Shown: one piece after another, positions 57,296 through 64,000 of the stretch
How positions within the stretch are numbered: the stretch's first letter is position 1
Layout of the letters: the number at the start of each line of letters is the position of its first letter
Assembly (NCBI GenBank): GCA_951406725.2
Contig: OX597823.1
Span: forward strand, 53,258,001-53,322,000
Reading direction: 5' to 3'
Length of the DNA stretch: 64,000 nucleotides
From: Octopus vulgaris
Taxonomy: Eukaryota
Program-made: the position numbers and the translations under genes
The notes under the pieces: generated by a model
Database searches by the model: none
What the model saw: only the letters and a program-made list of their open reading frames with translations
What the model was told of the DNA's origin: nothing

Positions 57296-57718
57296 TGTGG
57301 TTGGTAAGTAGCTTGCTTACCAACCACATGGTTCCGGGTTCAGTCCCACTTCGTGGCACCTTGGCCAAGTGTCTTCTACTATAGCCTCGGGCCGACCAAA
57401 GCTTTGTGAGTGGATTTGGTTGACGGAAACTGAAAGAAACCCGTCGTATATATGTATATATATATATGTATGTATGTGTGTGTATATCTTTGTATTCCTG
57501 TTTTTGTCCCCCAACATCGCTCAATAACTGATGCTGGTGTGTTAGCGCCCCCGTAACCTAGCGGTTCGGCAAAAGAGACCGATAGAATAAGTACTAGGTG
57601 TCCCAAAAAAAATAAGTCCTGTGGTCGATTTACTCGGCTAAAGGCGGCACTCCAGCAATGCCACTGTCAAATGACTGAAACAAGTAAAAGAGTAAAAGAG
57701 TAAAGAGGGAGTAAAGAG
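57296..57718 (+). mobile_element. SINE family A
   Basis: Near-consensus body with (AAGAGTAA)n tail. Confidence 0.94.
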
Positions 57719-57800
57719 ATATATGGTAAATAAAGTATCTACATAATAAACACACACATATAGATATATGCTTGTGTGTTTGTATGTATATATTACCTAA

Positions 57801-58130
57801 GTGAAGGCGCGTGGCTAAGTGGTTAGGCTATTCGTCTTACGATCGTAATGCCGTGTGTTCGATTCCCGGCGGTGCGTTCTGTCCCTGAGCAAGGCACTTT
57901 TATTTCGTCATACTCCAGCCCTCTCTGTAGGCTAAAGTGAGTAGTACTTGTATTTCAAGGGGCGAGCCTTGTCATGTCTTTGTGTCATGCTAAATCTCTC
58001 TGAGAACTCGTATGTTAACGATACACTTGTCTGTGGAGTGCTCAGCCACTTGCACGTTAATTTCACGAGCAGGCTGTTCCGTTGATGGGATTAACTGGAA
58101 GCTTCGTCATCCTGGCCGATGAAAGGCCAG
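57801..58130 (+). mobile_element. tRNA-derived SINE family C
   Basis: GTGAAGGCGCGTGGCTAAGTGGTTAGG (A box)...GTTCGATTCCC (B box); body colinear with 14995-15292. Confidence 0.88.
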
Positions 58131-58199
58131 TTTTATATGCTACCTGAATAAGTGAACATATTTGGTTATATATATGCGTGCACGTCAGTGTATGCACAT

Positions 58200-58234
58200 G
58201 TTTATGTATATGCAAATGTGTGTGTGTTTGTATA

Positions 58235-58284
<50 letters not shown>

Positions 58285-58549
58285 TATATACATTTATATA
58301 TATATATATATAGATAGATAGATAGATACATACATACATACATACATACATACATACATACATACATACATACATACATACATACATACATACATACATA
58401 CATAGAGATATATATGTATGTAGAATATGTATGTATGTACATGTGTGTTTGTGTGTGTTGGGAGTGTCTCAGCATGGCCACAACTTTTGAGCTGAAACGC
58501 AATATACACATATATACATATATATATATACATATATATATATATTATA

Positions 58550-58627
<78 letters not shown>

Positions 58628-58828
58628 TACATACATACATACATCTATGAAATGGATGTATGGTTGCATGGATGGATGGATGGATATACATACACCACAC
58701 ACCACCGTGTGAACTCCTATGCGGTGCCTGCTTATATTAGAATGTGTGGTGTGGATATGCAAGTGTACTAATCTATGTAAGATCACGTTTACAGAGACCT
58801 ACATATGACAAATGCAAGTTACAAACAA

Positions 58829-58867
<39 letters not shown>

Positions 58868-58913
58868 AACATACACATATACTCACATCCACATTCATTC
58901 AGACATACACTCA

Positions 58914-58957
<44 letters not shown>

Positions 58958-58970
58958 CTCACACACTCAG
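58200..58970. repeat. Compound microsatellite field
   Basis: Directly visible (TA, CATA, CA). Confidence 0.95.
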
Positions 58971-59734
58971 AGGTATATTTTCATATAGACATCTAAACAC
59001 ATACATACGCACACCATCACACCTACTTTCTCTTCCGCTCGTAATCACCGACTCAATGTGTCTATCTAGACCTCATCACCGCCATCCTCCACACCATGTA
59101 TTTATACCTATTGTTACTTATCTCTTCACAAACCAGTTCATAGATAGCTCACTTACTTATTCATCTTTATAACACAGCGTTAGGCCAAGCCAACAAGGAA
59201 TGCCTCTACGTGGACGCTTCATCTTCTAGAACTAGCTCCCAAAATTCACCCCCAACGAATTACACCCAGTTGTCTTTTGTTTATTTATTTATTTATTTAT
59301 TTATTTACTTATTTATCTTAATTTAATTTATATTATTTTTAAATATTTTTTGTGTGTTAATTACATCCTGGATAATATTGCCCCAGCACCCCTGATGCAT
59401 TTAAGATGCGATGATCACAGCAAGGACGCTTTAGATGATGATAGCTCTACTGGATCAAAATGGACCCGTGGTTAAAAACCACCACTACCACCACCACCAC
59501 CACCAATAACAATAACAACAAAAATAACAGCAAGGACACAGTTGATTGAACCAACGTGGGAACCTATACGACCTCTTAAAAATAATAGTCTGTTCTACCG
59601 CAAAATAATGCACCCTTTGGATAATGTAGACCTCGTTGTAATGGGCATAGCAGGAAAGCTTTTATGATCGGTCTGCTTGATCAAAGCATACTATAGCTGA
59701 ACATCGACAACAGCAACAACAACAAAAGCAACAT

Positions 59735-59945
59735 TCCATTTGCTAGAGATAGCAGCTAAATTTCTCTCAAATCACAGCCTATCTTTTTTTAAATAAGATA
59801 GGTTCCTCACATTTATAAAAAAAGAAAAACCCAGTTAAAGCATCCTACAGACCATCAAAAATAAAGACGGGATGGTCACGACTTGGAATGCCTGAGAGCA
59901 TACGTCTGCCTGCTGGACGAGGACTGACCTGAGTTCTAAGCAAGC
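59735..59945 (+). repeat. Dispersed repeat family E, best-preserved copy; two further partial copies at 59200-59480 and 59560-59710
   Basis: tgctagagatagcagctaaat..ctcaaatcaca...gacgggatggtcacgacttggaatgcct..cata.gtctgc...ctgacctg, then (CAA)n tail. Confidence 0.7.
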
Positions 59946-60256
59946 ATCAACATCATCAGCATCAACAACAACAACAACAACAGCTACAGTATTAACATCA
60001 ATAATAATAATAATAATAACAGCATTGGTTTTCTACAAAATATACATGTTTACCATGCATTCCATATTCGAATCTAAATATGATTCCGACCAGATCTAAC
60101 AGCATCTGCCAATCAATGACATTTGTCAGAAAACATTTCTTATGCTGTATTTTACTTGCAATCTTTTGAAGTGGGTAGACTGCAGGTTTAAGACAAAAAC
60201 ACCCCAGATACACAAGTGCATATTTTCAAATACGTTTTCATACTTGAATACACGCA

Positions 60257-60259
<3 letters not shown>

Positions 60260-60321
<62 letters not shown>

Positions 60322-60698
60322 CAGACATGCAAACACCACGTATGTATACGCTCACATACACACGCGCACATATACGCACGCCATCACACAAACACACGTA
60401 TACACGTTCGCGTACGCTCGTACGCTCGCACGCAACCTGCTTACACGAATACACTCGAATTCATGTACCCACTCAAATGCTTGATGTGTTTTGTTTACGT
60501 GTAGGTATGTGCGTGCGTGCGTGCGTCCGTGCGTCCGTGCGTTCGGGCGTGCGCGCGAGTACTTGTGTGTAGCGAGTGTATGTGTCCGTGTGTTTATACA
60601 TAATATGATGTAAGAATTTTGAGATATAAAAACGGTACAAACGAATATGTTTGTGTGCGCGTGCGTATATGTGTATAAAACATACACACACACACACA

Positions 60699-60769
<71 letters not shown>

Positions 60770-60810
60770 TGTATGTATTTATGTATTATATATATGTACG
60801 TTTATCTGTT

Positions 60811-60853
<43 letters not shown>

Positions 60854-60939
60854 GAAGTAATAAATGTTGTACACAAGGTCAGATTTACTTATTTATTTAT
60901 TGTTACGCAGGTATACACACACACAAATGCATGCATGCA

Positions 60940-61002
<63 letters not shown>

Positions 61003-61096
61003 AGAATTCACAAAAAAAAGAGACGAAGACAGGTGGTGTAGACAACAAACAGATGTAATTAGTTCAACGCTTGGGAAGTGAAAAAGTCGTTATATG

Positions 61097-61141
<45 letters not shown>

Positions 61142-61525
61142 AGAGAGACAGAGAGAGATACATACATACATACATATATACATAGATAGATAGATAGATA
61201 TATATATATAGAGAGAGAGAGAATGAGATAGATACATACATACATACATGCATACATACAGACAGACAGACAGACAGACATACGTGCATACATACACACA
61301 TACATACATACATACATATATACATACATACATACATACATACATAAATACATAGATATATACATAGACAGATATGCAGTTATTTGTATGTATACATCTA
61401 ATTGTATATTTTTGCATTACACACAGACATGCACGTAAATCTACACATACATATACATTCACACACACATATCTATCTATGTATACAAATGTATATATTT
61501 CTATGTATGCATGTGTACATATGTG

Positions 61526-61579
<54 letters not shown>

Positions 61580-61720
61580 CATGTATGTATGTATGCATTT
61601 ATGTACGTATGTATGTATGTATGTATGTATGTATGTTTGTATGTTTGTATGTGCAAATATATGCCTCTATGTGCTTCCATAATTTTCAACATTAAAGCTG
61701 AAGGAAATAGCTTGTTTAAA

Positions 61721-61771
<51 letters not shown>

Positions 61772-62045
61772 TTCTATTCAAGTTTTTCTCCAGCATTGAT
61801 TTTTACAGAAAATGTTTTTAATTGGTCTCGTTATTATTGATTCTGACTTATTTCAATACATACAAGATACATATATATCGATAACTTTTCGAACTCATGC
61901 AATCTGTCAACCAATCACCCATTAAAGCTATGTAATTAAAGGTATCTATCTATCTATCTACCTACCTACCTACCTAACTAACTAACTATTTATCTATCTA
62001 TTCCTTCTCTCTCTCTATCTCTATTTCTATCTCTGCCTGTCTCTG

Positions 62046-62098
<53 letters not shown>

Positions 62099-62270
62099 CA
62101 TATATATATATATATATATCATATATATATATATATGTGTGTGTGTGTGCTTGTGTATGTATGCAATTATATGTATATGTGTGTATGTATGTATATAGGA
62201 GTGTATGCATGTGTGTGAGTGTATGTATGTATGTATATATGTATGTAGATATGTATGAATATATACGTAA
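60260..62270. repeat. Compound microsatellite field
   Basis: Directly visible (TA, CA, CATA, GA, TC). Confidence 0.94.
60999..61097 (-). mobile_element. Penelope-like extreme terminus within (TA)n, truncated at the hammerhead position
   Basis: gaagacaggtg..acaacaaacag.tgta.ttagtt matches 13030-13095; (TA)n on both sides. Confidence 0.7.
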
Positions 62271-63172
62271 AGATAAAGAAAGGCACAAAGCGAAAAGGAC
62301 TGAGAGAGAGAGAGAGGGGGGTAAGAGAGAGAGAGCGTAGATAAAGTGTATGATTTGGATATGAGGCAAGGGTGACGCGCCTCTGTCCGAACGTATATGA
62401 AAACATGCTTTCTTGCATGCGTGTTTGTGTGTGTTTGTGCGCGTGTGTATGTAAGCGCGTGCGCGCACGTGTGTGTTTTCCATGCATCTAAATAGGTAAA
62501 TATGTAAGCAAGCAAGTGTTGTCCATAAGCGAAAACTGTAGACGGACACACGGACACGAAGCATTGGTCAAGCACACGCCGAAGTATCGGTCAGCGCAGA
62601 CTAGAAGAAAATAGACAATTTTAGAGAAAAACAGAGTGAAAGAGAGAGAACAGTCAGAGAGAGAGAGAGACAGAGAGACAGACAGAGAGAGGAGGTGAAC
62701 GAGAGAGAGAGAGACCAGAAAAAAATAAATGCCACTGCTGACCGTTGTGTAGTGGTCTGCAATATACAAAGAAAAATGGTGATGCTTTTCTCATTGTAGT
62801 GGTCAGCATATTACAAATTTCTCATCATGCACGCACACACATATATACACGCACACATGCATACACAGACTCTCTCTCACACACACATACCCAGACACAC
62901 ACGTTTATGCCTACGAACGGTAGAAAAGTGGTAGAGAAAAAAAAAACAATAGTACTCAATACATGGAGTAGAGAGAATGTTGTAGCGAACTAAATAACTA
63001 AATTCAATCAGTGTGTGCATGGAGTCGTTTTTTTTCCGCCTATAATTTTTCAAGGTGGTGCCCCAGCATGGCCGCAGTCTTATAACTGAAACGAGTAAAA
63101 AAATAAAAGATATGCGTGTGTGTGCGCGAGTGTATATGTGTGTACGTATGTGTGCGTTTGTGTGTCGGTATG

Positions 63173-63242
<70 letters not shown>

Positions 63243-63566
63243 ATGATGCCACTGTACAAGATTTCAAGATGTGTTTTGTCTCACTGCGCCAAAATAACAA
63301 AAAAAAAAAACCACACGCCTTTATCTCCACCCTCAAAAAAATAAATAAATAAATAAAACAAAAAAATAAAAAAGAAATAAAAGATTTTTTAAAAATTGCA
63401 ACCAAAAATGAAAAGGATGAATTCCAAGAGTCGCCAATAAAAGTGTAGAAATTACTAATTTAGAGTAATTATTTTCGAAATTGCTTTAATGAAAATGGCG
63501 ATTAATTACGTTTGCTGTTAATTAAAAACAACCATCCATCTTGAACCGAAAGATATATTTTTACCA

Positions 63567-63577
63567 AGTAGTAGTAG

Positions 63578-63638
<61 letters not shown>

Positions 63639-63655
63639 TATTGTTGTTGTTGTTA
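63567..63655. repeat. (GTA)n/(GTT)n trinucleotide array
   Basis: Directly visible. Confidence 0.95.
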
Positions 63656-64000
63656 TTTCGACTAAAGTTAGACTTCATTGGAGAGACCTGTCTATGATTA
63701 ATGGAATTCTAATTCTAGACATGACTAGGCCGTTCATTTTCAGGCACAATCCATCTGTGACCACATTACGTGATGTGTCATTCTCCTTTTTTTTTTGTTT
63801 TTTTGAACACATCTAATACATCTATATTTGAGGGAGATTTGCTGTGTTATATCTAGCAAGGTAAAAGCGGCCACGTACTCGCAGTCTTGTTGAAGTTGTT
63901 GTTGTTGTTGCTGTTGTTTTTCTTGTTCGACCCCCAAGATAACGCTTACTGAGCGGACTATCATCAAAGGCATTCCAACTTGGACCATCCTGTCTTTTGC

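Overview
AT-rich eukaryotic (animal) DNA that is intergenic or intronic and saturated with repeats. The SINE families look like those I associate with Octopus/cephalopod genomes (inference, not verified). No intact host protein-coding gene, true tRNA gene or rRNA gene is supported, and most ORFs in the supplied track are translated microsatellites. Contents: (1) very dense (TA)n, (CA)n, (GATA)n, (TATG)n and (ATT)n microsatellites. (2) Many tRNA-derived SINE copies: family A with an internal microsatellite and CR1/L2-like tail, family B occurring as monomers, dimers and trimers with TSDs, plus families C and D and a dispersed repeat E. (3) A decayed Tx1/L1-clade LINE ORF2 (51.7-53.9 kb) and a CR1/L2-like LINE 3' end. 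(4) A mariner element rearranged so both ends are 5' ends, plus a separate mariner catalytic-domain relic. (5) A short non-autonomous Helitron. (6) Penelope-like (PLE) relics, including a GIY-YIG remnant. The most notable signal is a set of unrelated PLE-type termini, mostly abutting (TA)n tracts, carrying minimal type-I hammerhead ribozyme folds. The three best-preserved ones all read CCGANGA instead of canonical CUGANGA, and one lies in a 91-bp near-perfect inverted repeat.
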